Assembly (NCBI GenBank): GCA_043818095.1
Contig: JBDRGD010000020.1
Coordinates: 1 to 35,035 of the forward strand
Origin: Chloroflexota bacterium
GTDB taxonomy: Bacteria > Chloroflexota > Dehalococcoidia > Dehalococcoidales > RBG-16-60-22
DNA: 35,035 nt
Reading direction: 5' to 3'
Part shown: one piece after another, positions 26,480-35,035 of the stretch
How the letters are laid out: every line of letters starts with the position of its first letter
How positions within the stretch are numbered: the first letter of the stretch is position 1
Notes under the pieces: generated by a model
The model's input: only the letters and a program-made list of their open reading frames with translations
Told to the model about the DNA's origin: nothing
Database searches by the model: none
Translations under genes and position numbers: made by a program

Positions 26480-28159
26480 ATGACGGAGAGAATCTTTATC
26501 GGCGTTGCCTGGCCCTACGCCAACGGCTCGCTCCACCTGGGGCACATCGCCGGGGCATACCTGCCCGCGGACATCTTCGCCCGCTACCACCGGAGCCGGG
26601 GGAACGAGGTCCTCATGGTCTCCGGGTCGGACCAGCACGGCACGCCGATAACCCTCAAAGCCGAGGAAGAAGGCAAGACGCCCGCGGAAATCGCCCGCCG
26701 TTATCACGAGGAATTCCTGGTTTCCTGGCGGCGACTGGGCATCTCCTTCGACCTTTTTACGAGCACGGAGACCGCCAACCATGCCGCCGCGGCCCAGGAT
26801 ATTTTCCTGACCCTGCAGGAAAAGGGCTATATCTTCCCGGAGTCCGTGATGCAGGCTTACTGCCCCAAATGCCAGCGCTTTCTCCCGGACCGCTACGTGG
26901 AGGGCACCTGCCCTTTCTGTAATCACACCGCCGCCCGCGGCGACCAGTGCGACAAGTGCGGCAAGCCGATGAACACGGAAGAGCTCCTGGAGGCCCGCTG
27001 CCGCGTCTGCGGCACCACCCCGGAGTTCAAGACTTCGGCGCACTTCTTCCTGAAACTGAGCGCCTTCCAGGAAAAGCTGGAGGAGTGGGCCGGCTCGCAG
27101 ACACAGTGGCGCCCCAACGTGATGAACTTCACCCGGCGCTACCTGAAAGAAGGCCTCCGGGACCGGGCGATTACCCGGGACATCGCATGGGGCATCCCGA
27201 TACCCCTCCCCGGCTACGAGGGGAAACGCCTCTACGTCTGGTTTGAGGCAGTTATCGGCTACTTCTCCGCCGCCCGGGAATGGGCGCAGAACCGCGGCAC
27301 GCCGGAAGCGTGGCGTCCCTTCTGGGAAAAGACCGGCGGGGCGAAAAGCTATTATTTCATCGGCAAGGACAACATCCCTTTCCACACCCTCATCTGGCCC
27401 GCGATGCTCATGGGCTACGACGAGGCGCTCAACCTCCCCTACGACGTCCCCGCCAACGAGTTCCTCACCATCGAAGGACGGAAGCTCTCCACCAGCCAGA
27501 ACTGGGCGGTCTGGGTGCCGGATTTCCTGGCGCGCTACGACCCCGACCCCCTGCGCTACATCCTCGCTATCAACATGCCGGAGACGGGAGACACGGACTT
27601 CTCCTGGCGCGAGTTCGTCCGCCGCAACAACGACGAGCTGGTGGCGACGTACGGCAACCTGGTCAACCGGGTGCTCACATTCGTCTATAAGAACTTCGAC
27701 GGCGGCGTGCCGGACGGGGGAGAGCCCGACGAGGCGGCGCGGCAGCTCCTGGCGGAGAGCGAGGCCTGCCTGGCGGAGACCGGCCGGCTCATCGAAAGCT
27801 GCAGCTTCAAGCAGGCAATCATGCGGGTGATGCAGCTCGCCCAGGCGACGAACCGTTACCTGGACGCCGCAGCGCCCTGGAAAGCCATCAAGGAGGACCG
27901 GCAGGCGGCCGCCGGGTCTCTTTACACGGCGCTGACCGTGATTACCCAGTTGAAAAACATGTTCTATCCCTTCCTCCCTTTCAGCTCCCAGAAAGTCCAC
28001 GAATACCTGGGCTTCCCCGGGGAGGTGGCCGACACCGGCTGGCGCTGGCAGGAACTGCCCCCCCACCAGAAGCTCATGCCACCCCAGCCCGTTTTCCAGA
28101 AACTTGAGGAGAGCGTCGTTACCGAGGAGACCGGAGCCCTCGGGCAGACGGCGGCTTAG
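26480..28159 (+). CDS. metG: methionine--tRNA ligase
   Basis: PYANGSLHLGH, GSDQHG, Zn knuckles, YVWFEA, GKDNIPFH, KLSTS. Confidence 0.97.
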   Translation: MTERIFIGVAWPYANGSLHLGHIAGAYLPADIFARYHRSRGNEVLMVSGSDQHGTPITLKAEEEGKTPAEIARRYHEEFLVSWRRLGISFDLFTSTETANHAAAAQDIFLTLQEKGYIFPESVMQAYCPKCQRFLPDRYVEGTCPFCNHTAARGDQCDKCGKPMNTEELLEARCRVCGTTPEFKTSAHFFLKLSAFQEKLEEWAGSQTQWRPNVMNFTRRYLKEGLRDRAITRDIAWGIPIPLPGYEGKRLYVWFEAVIGYFSAAREWAQNRGTPEAWRPFWEKTGGAKSYYFIGKDNIPFHTLIWPAMLMGYDEALNLPYDVPANEFLTIEGRKLSTSQNWAVWVPDFLARYDPDPLRYILAINMPETGDTDFSWREFVRRNNDELVATYGNLVNRVLTFVYKNFDGGVPDGGEPDEAARQLLAESEACLAETGRLIESCSFKQAIMRVMQLAQATNRYLDAAAPWKAIKEDRQAAAGSLYTALTVITQLKNMFYPFLPFSSQKVHEYLGFPGEVADTGWRWQELPPHQKLMPPQPVFQKLEESVVTEETGALGQTAA

Positions 28160-28167
28160 GAACGAAG

Positions 28168-29133
28168 TTGGAACTGAACGAGATTTACGCGCCGGTACAG
28201 GCAGACCTGGACAAGGTCAAGGACGAGCTGAAGTCCATCAGCAGGGTCGATTTTCCCTGGCTCTCGGAGCAGCTGGAGCACGTCGTCAAGGGGGTGGGCA
28301 AAGGCATCCGCCCGGCGCTGACCCTCCTCTCCGGAAAGTTCCACCACTACGACCTGGAATACCTGCTGCCGATGGCGGTCTCCGTGGAGCTGATGCATAC
28401 CTCCACGCTGGTGCACGACGACGCCATCGATAAATCTTCCGTAAGGCGCGGGCAGCCCACCATCAACTTTCTCTGGGGACAGGACATCGCCATCCTGCTG
28501 GGCGATTACCTCTTTGCCAAGGCCGGGGAGTATGTCTCCGACACGCGGAACCCGCGCGCCATCAAGCTCTTTTCCCAGACCCTAGGGATTATCTCCAGCG
28601 GGGAAATCAACCAGTTCCGGGCGGCTTTCAACCCGGACCAGACCCGGGACGCCTACCTGAAACGCATCGGCGGGAAGACCGCCTCGCTTTTCGCCCTGTC
28701 CACCGGGTCCGGCGCCATCCTGACCAAAGCCCCCGAGTCCGCCATCGCCATCCTGCGGGACTACGGCTATCACCTGGGCATCGCTTTCCAGATTGTGGAC
28801 GACATCCTGGACTTTATCGGCACAGAGGATACGCTGGGGAAACCGGTGGGGTCGGACCTCGCCCAGGGGACGCTCACTCTCCCGGCCATGCTCCTGCTGG
28901 AAAAATATCCCGGCCCGGGCAACCCCGTCCGGAAATCCTTTACCGAGAAAAGCTCCGCCTATATCGCTGAGGCCATCGACCGCATCAAGAACTCGTCCAT
29001 CGTCGACGAATGCTATCGGGTGGCTTCGGAATACTGCGACAAAGCCTGCCGCGACCTCGGCAGCCTGCCGGAAAGCCCGGCAGGCCCGCTGCTGAGGGAA
29101 CTGGCGGATTATGTCCTCCGCCGCCGGATTTAG
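28168..29133 (+). CDS. trans-polyprenyl diphosphate synthase (HepT/IspB family)
   Basis: GKGIRP, FARM HDDAID..RRG, GKTA, SARM DDILD, GKPVGSD. Confidence 0.93.
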   Translation: MELNEIYAPVQADLDKVKDELKSISRVDFPWLSEQLEHVVKGVGKGIRPALTLLSGKFHHYDLEYLLPMAVSVELMHTSTLVHDDAIDKSSVRRGQPTINFLWGQDIAILLGDYLFAKAGEYVSDTRNPRAIKLFSQTLGIISSGEINQFRAAFNPDQTRDAYLKRIGGKTASLFALSTGSGAILTKAPESAIAILRDYGYHLGIAFQIVDDILDFIGTEDTLGKPVGSDLAQGTLTLPAMLLLEKYPGPGNPVRKSFTEKSSAYIAEAIDRIKNSSIVDECYRVASEYCDKACRDLGSLPESPAGPLLRELADYVLRRRI

Positions 29134-29164
29134 CCTTTCCCGGTAACGCCCGCAGCCCCACCGC

Positions 29165-31105
29165 CTATTCGGTTGGCGTCGGCTTTTGCTCCGGCACCAG
29201 GCGCGGCACCGGCGGGGCTTTCTTCGGCTTCGGCCCGATAGTGACGGAGGCTTCCGGAGTTACCGGCACCGGCTCCGCGGAAGGCTTGGGCGGCTTCCGC
29301 CGCCGCCGGGGTGCATTCTCATTCAGCAGGGCGTCCAACTCGGTCCCTTCGATGGTCTCCTGGGCGATAAGCTTGTCCGCAATCAGCTTCAGCTTGGCTT
29401 TGTTCTCCGTTAATATCTTCTGCGCTGTCTCCATTGCCTGATTGATAACGCCGTTTACTTCCTCGTCAATGGCATCCGCCAATTTATCGCCGTAATCTTT
29501 CTGTTCCGAGAGTTCCCGGCCCAGGAAAACAAGCTCCTGCTTGTCTCCGAAGGTACGCGGGCCCAGTTTATCACTCATGCCATATTCCGTAACCATCTTG
29601 TGCGCCCATGCTGTAGCCTGCTTGATATCAAAAGAGGCACCGCTGGTAATTTCATCAAAGACGAGCTTCTCCGCCACATGCCCTCCCAGCAAAGTTGCCA
29701 CCTTATCCTTTATCTCAGAGCGACTCATAAGATAGCGGTCTTCGATGGGCAACATTTTGGTGTGCCCCAGGGACATCCCCCGGGCGACTATCGAAATCTT
29801 GTGCACGGGGTCGGCGTTGGGCAGCAGCTTGGCGACGAGGGCATGCCCGGCCTCGTAGTAAGCGATGATTTCCTTCTCGCGGGTGCTTATCTTGCGGCTG
29901 CGCCGCTCCGGACCGGCAATCACGCGGTCCACGGACTCCTCGAACTCCTCCATGCCGACGCTCTTCTTCCCGCGCCGCGCCGCCAGGATCGCCGCCTCGT
30001 TCACCAGGTTGGCGATGTCCGCACCGCTGAAGCCCACCGTGCCCTTCGCCAGGTTCTCCAGGCTGACCCCCTTCGCCAGGGGCTTGCCCTTGGAGTGCAC
30101 TTTCAGAATCGCCAGCCGCCCGACGATATCGGGGCGGTCCAGCATCACCCGCCGGTCAAAGCGTCCCGGGCGCAGCAGGGCGGGGTCCAGGATGTCCGGG
30201 CGGTTCGTGGCGGCGATAACGATGATGCTGGTATTGGTATCAAACCCGTCCATTTCGACGAGAATCTGGTTCAACGTCTGTTCCCGCTCATCGTGGCTGC
30301 CCCCCAGCCCGGCGCCGCGCTGCCGTCCCACGGCATCAATCTCATCGATAAAAATGATGCAGGGGGCGTTCCGCTTCGCCTGGTCAAAGAGGTCACGCAC
30401 GCGCGAGGCCCCCACGCCGACGAACATCTCCACGAACTCGCTGCCGCTGATGGAGAAGAAAGGCACGTCCGCTTCCCCGGCGACGGCGCGGGCGAGCAAC
30501 GTTTTCCCCGTCCCCGGGGGACCGATGAGCAGCACCCCGCGCGGGATGCGCGCCCCCAGGCTCTGGAACTTCTCGCGGGCCTTGAGGAACTCCACCACCT
30601 CCCGCAGGTCCTGCTTCGCTTCCTCCACACCGGCGACATCCTCGAAGGTCACCGTGGAGCGGTTAGCGGAAAAGAGCCGCGCGCGGCTCCGCCCGAAGGT
30701 CATCGCCTGGTTATTGGCGCCGCGGGCCTGCCGGAAGAGGAAAAAAAGCAGCGCCCCGAAGAGAATCAGCGGCAGGAAGTTGATGAACAGGCTGCCCCAG
30801 TTAATCCCGGAAGAGCCCTTGACGTCGACGATGACGCTGTCCAGGTTCAATCCCTTGATGTCGTAGATATTGGCATTCGGCTCTTTGAACGTCTTGTATT
30901 CCTTGCCACCGACGGTAGTAATCAGCAGGGCGTCTTCTTCCACCGCGATTTTGGTAATCTCGTGGTTCTGGGACATGGTGACCACCTGGGACAGGGGCAC
31001 CTCTTCCGGCTGAGGAGTCTCCGGCATAATCATAATAAACAGGAAGATGCCGGCGATCATAATCGCCAGGAAAATCATCGTGTTGTTCTTCAGGTTCGGT
31101 TTCAT
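29165..31105 (-). CDS. ftsH: FtsH AAA+ metalloprotease, variant with YEAGH in place of HEAGH
   Basis: 2 TM, Walker A GPPGTGKT, pore FVG, Walker [32 protein letters not shown]41 domain. Confidence 0.95.
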   Translation of the reverse strand: MKPNLKNNTMIFLAIMIAGIFLFIMIMPETPQPEEVPLSQVVTMSQNHEITKIAVEEDALLITTVGGKEYKTFKEPNANIYDIKGLNLDSVIVDVKGSSGINWGSLFINFLPLILFGALLFFLFRQARGANNQAMTFGRSRARLFSANRSTVTFEDVAGVEEAKQDLREVVEFLKAREKFQSLGARIPRGVLLIGPPGTGKTLLARAVAGEADVPFFSISGSEFVEMFVGVGASRVRDLFDQAKRNAPCIIFIDEIDAVGRQRGAGLGGSHDEREQTLNQILVEMDGFDTNTSIIVIAATNRPDILDPALLRPGRFDRRVMLDRPDIVGRLAILKVHSKGKPLAKGVSLENLAKGTVGFSGADIANLVNEAAILAARRGKKSVGMEEFEESVDRVIAGPERRSRKISTREKEIIAYYEAGHALVAKLLPNADPVHKISIVARGMSLGHTKMLPIEDRYLMSRSEIKDKVATLLGGHVAEKLVFDEITSGASFDIKQATAWAHKMVTEYGMSDKLGPRTFGDKQELVFLGRELSEQKDYGDKLADAIDEEVNGVINQAMETAQKILTENKAKLKLIADKLIAQETIEGTELDALLNENAPRRRRKPPKPSAEPVPVTPEASVTIGPKPKKAPPVPRLVPEQKPTPTE

Positions 31106-31222
31106 CTTGCCACCTCAAAGCCCCGGCAAAGGGCTATCTCTATTATAACAGAGATGGTGGAAAAAGCTATAAAGGCAACCCCGGCTTTATCCGCGGTGAA
31201 GAAACGCCCGCCCTGCCGGCGC

Positions 31223-32272
31223 TCAGTCGCCCGTGGCCGTCCCGGCCCGGTATTGCCGCTTCGCCTCCTGGTATGCCCGGCTCCGCGCCGCGATCATTTC
31301 CCGGATGGGCAGGTGATAGGGACAGCGTTCTTCGCAAAGACCGCACTGGGAACATTTGACCGCGTCTTCCACCGCCTGCCCGAAAGACCCGCTCATGATA
31401 AGCTCCATATTCAGGCGCTTGAAAAAGGTATCGCTGGTCATCACCGTGGAGATGTGGATGCCCTCGGTGCAGGGCTGGCAGTAGTCGCAACGCCGGCAGA
31501 AATTCTGCCCCAGCTCCCGCCGCAGCCTTTCGATTTCCCGCCGGTCGGCGGCCGTCAGGGAATGCGGCCCCGACTCTATCCGGAGAATCTCCTCCATTTC
31601 CGCGGGTTCCTGGATGCCGGGAATAATGAGGAGGTCCGGATACTGGAGGAGGAATTTGAAAGCCAGGGAAACGTCCGCCAGCATCCCCCCGCCCAGCGGC
31701 TTCATTACGATAAAGCCCACGTCATGCGCCCTGGCCAGGGGGATAAGCTCGTCCGCGGGCTCATGGGTGATGAAGTTGAAGGGAAACATTACCGTCTCGA
31801 ACTCGCCCGATTTCACGATGTCCCTGGCGGTGTCTATCTGGTGAGAACTGGCGCCAATGTGCCGCACCAGTCCGGCCTGTTTCGCCCCCTGGAGGAAAGC
31901 CAGCGGCCCGCCGGGCGCCATAACCTTCTCCAGGGTCGCCGCGTCGCTGACGTTATGCAGCATATAAAGGTCGATGTCGTCCACCCCCAGGCGCTTCAGA
32001 CTGAGTTCCAGGTCCGCCTCCACCTCCGCGCGGGTGCGGTGGGGCGATTTCGTCCCCAGGATAACGTCCTGCCGCCGTCCCGCCACCGCCTTGCCGATGC
32101 GCCCTTCGCTGGTGGTGTAGCCGTGGGCGGTGTCGATAAAGTTTACGCCCATGTCCAGGCAGGCGCGGACGGTGGCGACGGCCGGCCCCTCCTCGAGGCG
32201 CTGGATGGGAATCCCCCCGAAACCCAGCCTCGTGACCATCATCTCCGTCCTGCCCAGCCTTATCTTCTCCAT
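31223..32272 (-). CDS. aldo/keto reductase with C-terminal 4Fe-4S dicluster domain
   Basis: LGFGG, FIDTAHGY, SLKRLGVDDIDLYMLH, MKPLGGG; CRRCDYCQPC and CSQCGLCEERCP. Confidence 0.93.
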   Translation of the reverse strand: MEKIRLGRTEMMVTRLGFGGIPIQRLEEGPAVATVRACLDMGVNFIDTAHGYTTSEGRIGKAVAGRRQDVILGTKSPHRTRAEVEADLELSLKRLGVDDIDLYMLHNVSDAATLEKVMAPGGPLAFLQGAKQAGLVRHIGASSHQIDTARDIVKSGEFETVMFPFNFITHEPADELIPLARAHDVGFIVMKPLGGGMLADVSLAFKFLLQYPDLLIIPGIQEPAEMEEILRIESGPHSLTAADRREIERLRRELGQNFCRRCDYCQPCTEGIHISTVMTSDTFFKRLNMELIMSGSFGQAVEDAVKCSQCGLCEERCPYHLPIREMIAARSRAYQEAKRQYRAGTATGD

Positions 32273-32483
32273 AAGCTATCCATTTCCCGTGAAAAACGTC
32301 TCTTTTAATTATAGATACCCGGCACATACAGGTCAAAAAGGGACCTGACGGCAGCCCGTCCGGAGCCGAACCCGGTTTCTGTAAATTTCTTCCTCCGGTT
32401 ATTGGTTTCACCGCGCGCGGGATGTATAATCAATGCGAGTCCCGCCCGCCGGAAGCGGGCGGAGCGGACACGAACGCAACCGA

Positions 32484-33752
32484 ATGACGAAGAAGTTCCA
32501 CATTTTTTACGGCTGGTATATCGTAATCGCCAGCGTGCTCATCACCGTCTACGTCGGCGGGCTGCTCGCCTACGGCTTTACCGCCCTGATAAATCCCATT
32601 GCCGCCACCTTCGGATGGAGCTACGCCCAGATATCCCTCGGGCTGACCTTCCGAAGCATGTTGTCCGTACTGCTGAATCCGTTCATGGGGAAGGTCGCGG
32701 ACCGTTTTCCGCCAAACCGGCTGATACTCATCGGCGTGATTATCTCCGGCCTGGGCCTGTTCTTTTTAAGCAGGGTCCAGAACCTGTTTGCCTACTACCT
32801 CAGCTTCCTCATTATTGCCCTGGGCCATACGCTCAGCGTCACCATGGTCCCCACGACGGTCGTCGCCCGGTGGTTTAAAAGCAACATCGGCAAGGCGAAC
32901 GTCGTCCTGGCGATGGGCTTTGACGTGGGAGGACTGCTCATCCCGGTGCTGGTGAGGCTTATCGATATCTACGGCTGGCGGACTTCCCTGGTCATCTTCG
33001 CCTCAGGGCTCTGCCTGCTCGGCATTCCGCTCTCCTTCGTTTTCCGGAGCCGACCGGAAGAATACGGCCTCACCCCGGACGGACGGCCTCACGAAGTGCC
33101 CGGTCAGAACGGGCGTAAGCTCGTGAGCGATATCGAAATCGGCATCAGGAAAGCGGCGACGATGCGCACCTTCTGGCTGATAAGCATCGCCTGGATGCTG
33201 CACGCCGCCGCGGTCATCGCCCTGCTGGTGCACGTCATGCCCTCCCTGACGAGCGTCGGGTTGGACCGGGCGACGGCCGGGACGATAGCAGCCCTGCTGC
33301 CCATCAGCAGCCTCATCTGGAGGCTGCCCTTCGGCTGGTTCTGCGACGTTTTCAACAAGAAACTGGTGGTGATGATTTCCATCGCCCTTTCCAGCACGGG
33401 ACTGGTCCTCTTTACTTTTATCGACAGCGTCAACTACCTGCTCATCGGGGCCTTCGTGGTCACCTTCGGCCTCGGCCTGAGCAGTTTCATGGCGCTGCGG
33501 CCGGCGCTCCTGAGGGAATATTTCGGCTCGCGGAACTTCGGGACGATATACGGGGTATCGTTCATGATTGCGGAAATCGGCGTGCTGGCGTCCCCGCCGC
33601 TGGTAGGCTGGGTCTTCGATCTGCGGCACGTCTATAACCCCACCTGGCTGGTGCTGGGGCTCATCTGCCTGGCAGGGGTGCTGCTGATGGCGGGCGTCCC
33701 CTCGGAGGCGCAGAGGGCGGGAGAACACCCGGACTTGATGCCTGCCCATTGA
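32484..33752 (+). CDS. MFS transporter (OFA/monocarboxylate-like)
   Basis: FYGWYIV N-terminus, GKVADRF, GWFCD, EYFGSRNFGTIYG; ~12 TM; start set to ATG 32484. Confidence 0.9.
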   Translation: MTKKFHIFYGWYIVIASVLITVYVGGLLAYGFTALINPIAATFGWSYAQISLGLTFRSMLSVLLNPFMGKVADRFPPNRLILIGVIISGLGLFFLSRVQNLFAYYLSFLIIALGHTLSVTMVPTTVVARWFKSNIGKANVVLAMGFDVGGLLIPVLVRLIDIYGWRTSLVIFASGLCLLGIPLSFVFRSRPEEYGLTPDGRPHEVPGQNGRKLVSDIEIGIRKAATMRTFWLISIAWMLHAAAVIALLVHVMPSLTSVGLDRATAGTIAALLPISSLIWRLPFGWFCDVFNKKLVVMISIALSSTGLVLFTFIDSVNYLLIGAFVVTFGLGLSSFMALRPALLREYFGSRNFGTIYGVSFMIAEIGVLASPPLVGWVFDLRHVYNPTWLVLGLICLAGVLLMAGVPSEAQRAGEHPDLMPAH

Positions 33753-33784
33753 TACCGTACGGGTATTATTAGGACTTTAATCAC

Positions 33785-33834
33785 TGGAGCCAGCGATAGG
33801 ATTCGAACCTACGACCCGCGGTTTACGAAACCGC
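33785..33834 (-). mobile_element. att site: 3' fragment of tRNA-Thr(CGT) at the boundary of an integrated element
   Basis: Reverse complement GCGGT-TTCGTAA-ACCGC GGGTC GTAGG-TTCGAAT-CCTAT CGCTGGC T CCA gives anticodon arm, T-arm, acceptor 3' strand and CCA; no D-arm or 5' acceptor strand; GC falls to ~40% beyond it. Confidence 0.88.
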
Positions 33835-33848
33835 AAACTACACTCAAA

Positions 33849-34805
33849 TTGCTTAACAAACTAACAGTTTCTGAACTCGCAGAGTTAAGCAAGTTTAGTA
33901 AAGCCTACATCTCACAAGTTAAGCATGGTAAGAGACCACCATCCCAAAAACTTCTTGATATTCTTGGTGAATACAAACAATTTGAAAAGCCTGCCAGAGA
34001 TTACTACAGCCTATTTATGCAATCACGGCTCGCCAAAGAAGTATCTCCTACAACAATAAGATTCTACGAGGTAAAGCTGGGCAGGTTCCTTGATGATATT
34101 AATCCCGATAAGGCTAAGCAGCATCACATTGAGAAATTCCTGCTTCAATTTGAAAATGTAGGGAATCGCCACGGGTATTATCAGGTTATAAAGACATTCT
34201 ACATCTGGAGAGAGGACATACTGAGTCTCCCAAACCCTGTTAAACATATGGCTGCCCCAAGGCTTGGAAAGTTGATATTACCAAGTTTAACCGAAGAACA
34301 GGTAAGAACACTGTTAGAAAAAGCTGAAAACGTTAGGAACAAAGCTATAATATCACTGTTCACAGAAAGCGGATTAAGACTTTCAGAACTTGCTGGAATC
34401 AAACCAACAGACATCGATTGGGATGCTCATACGATAAGAATCATAGGCAAGGGTAGAAAAGAAGCGTATGCTCCATTTGGTACGCTCTCAGAAGGGTATT
34501 TGAAGGAATGGCTTTCTGAGCATAAAGCCAATGGCAATATATGGGGAATCAACGCCTGGGGTATCAATATAATGCTAAGAAGATTAAAGGCTAAGACTGG
34601 CCTTCCCTGTAATCCTCATACGTTCAGGAGAACATTTGCTTGTCTATTACGTAAGCAAGGTTTGGATACTATGACGATAAAGGATTTGGGCAGGTGGGAA
34701 AGACTGGAGATGGTGCAGAGATATACCAGGTCTGTTACTTTTCAAGATTCTTTGAAGTTCTACAAAGCACCACTCTCCTATTGTGAAGGACAAAACACTC
34801 ATTAA
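33849..34805 (+). CDS. tyrosine recombinase/integrase with N-terminal XRE-like HTH
   Basis: HTH TVSELAELSKFSKAYISQVKHGKR; catalytic GLRLSEL, GKGRK, HTFRR, LGRW, MVQRY; adjacent to the att site. Confidence 0.92.
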   Translation: MLNKLTVSELAELSKFSKAYISQVKHGKRPPSQKLLDILGEYKQFEKPARDYYSLFMQSRLAKEVSPTTIRFYEVKLGRFLDDINPDKAKQHHIEKFLLQFENVGNRHGYYQVIKTFYIWREDILSLPNPVKHMAAPRLGKLILPSLTEEQVRTLLEKAENVRNKAIISLFTESGLRLSELAGIKPTDIDWDAHTIRIIGKGRKEAYAPFGTLSEGYLKEWLSEHKANGNIWGINAWGINIMLRRLKAKTGLPCNPHTFRRTFACLLRKQGLDTMTIKDLGRWERLEMVQRYTRSVTFQDSLKFYKAPLSYCEGQNTH

Positions 34806-34832
34806 AGAGTCTAATGCAAGTTTAATTAATAG

Positions 34833-35035
34833 TTACTTACTGAAATGGGCATCGCAATTATTGCAATGATAATATTCTCTTGGTTGGGAAGGAGATGATT
34901 GGAGGCTCTCAATTTTTTGGATTGACTTATTCCATTTGGCTTCACGAATTACATTTCGGCTGTAACATTTTGGACACTTTATTTTATTGGGGTGGTGGTC
35001 TCCCGATAATATGAGTTCAGCTTCGTCTAATATAT
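34833..35035 (-). CDS. 3' end of a cargo gene with C-terminal Zn ribbon (truncated by window end)
   Basis: Own translation, open from the window edge: ILDEAELILSGDHHPNKIKCPKCYSRNV...YYHCNNCDAHFSK*. Confidence 0.6.
   Translation of the reverse strand, partial: ILDEAELILSGDHHPNKIKCPKCYSRNVIREAKWNKSIQKIESLQSSPSQPREYYHCNNCDAHFSK

Noticed and set aside
29600-32308. 902-aa plus-strand ORF, and similar long ORFs such as 26264-28066, 10543-12354 and 5854-7044
   Set aside because: Antisense shadows of well-supported genes in GC-rich DNA; no recognisable motifs.
33785-33860. Complete tRNA-Thr gene
   Set aside because: D-arm and 5' acceptor strand are missing; only a 50-nt 3' fragment is present, so it is treated as an att site.

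Overview
GC-rich (~60-65%) anaerobe chromosome segment. Gene content and small conserved proteins suggest Dehalococcoidia/Chloroflexota (inference). Left to right: proS (partial); a lipoprotein and an MFS gene inserted into the dxr-rseP-ispG-proS cluster; a promoter- and terminator-bounded operon joining a Tat-less group 1a-like [NiFe]-hydrogenase and its maturation protease directly to metV-metF (methylene-THF reductase), then hypFCDE; a Crp/Fnr regulator with two matching boxes ahead of a ferredoxin and a Zn-ribbon mini-protein; a phosphorelay cluster where a lone CheR sits beside a membrane histidine kinase with a methyl-accepting-type coiled coil; guaB3; a ~400 bp low-GC islet with two convergent overlapping mini membrane proteins; rsmI-Zn protein-metG-polyprenyl synthase; an ftsH whose HEXXH is YEXXH; an Fe-S aldo/keto reductase; an MFS gene; and the edge of a low-GC element integrated in tRNA-Thr(CGT) with an HTH-fused tyrosine integrase. 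Best candidates for undescribed biology: the hydrogenase-MetVF module with its terminator-containing leader, and the CheR/coiled-coil kinase system. All calls come from motif reading by eye; no database searches were run.
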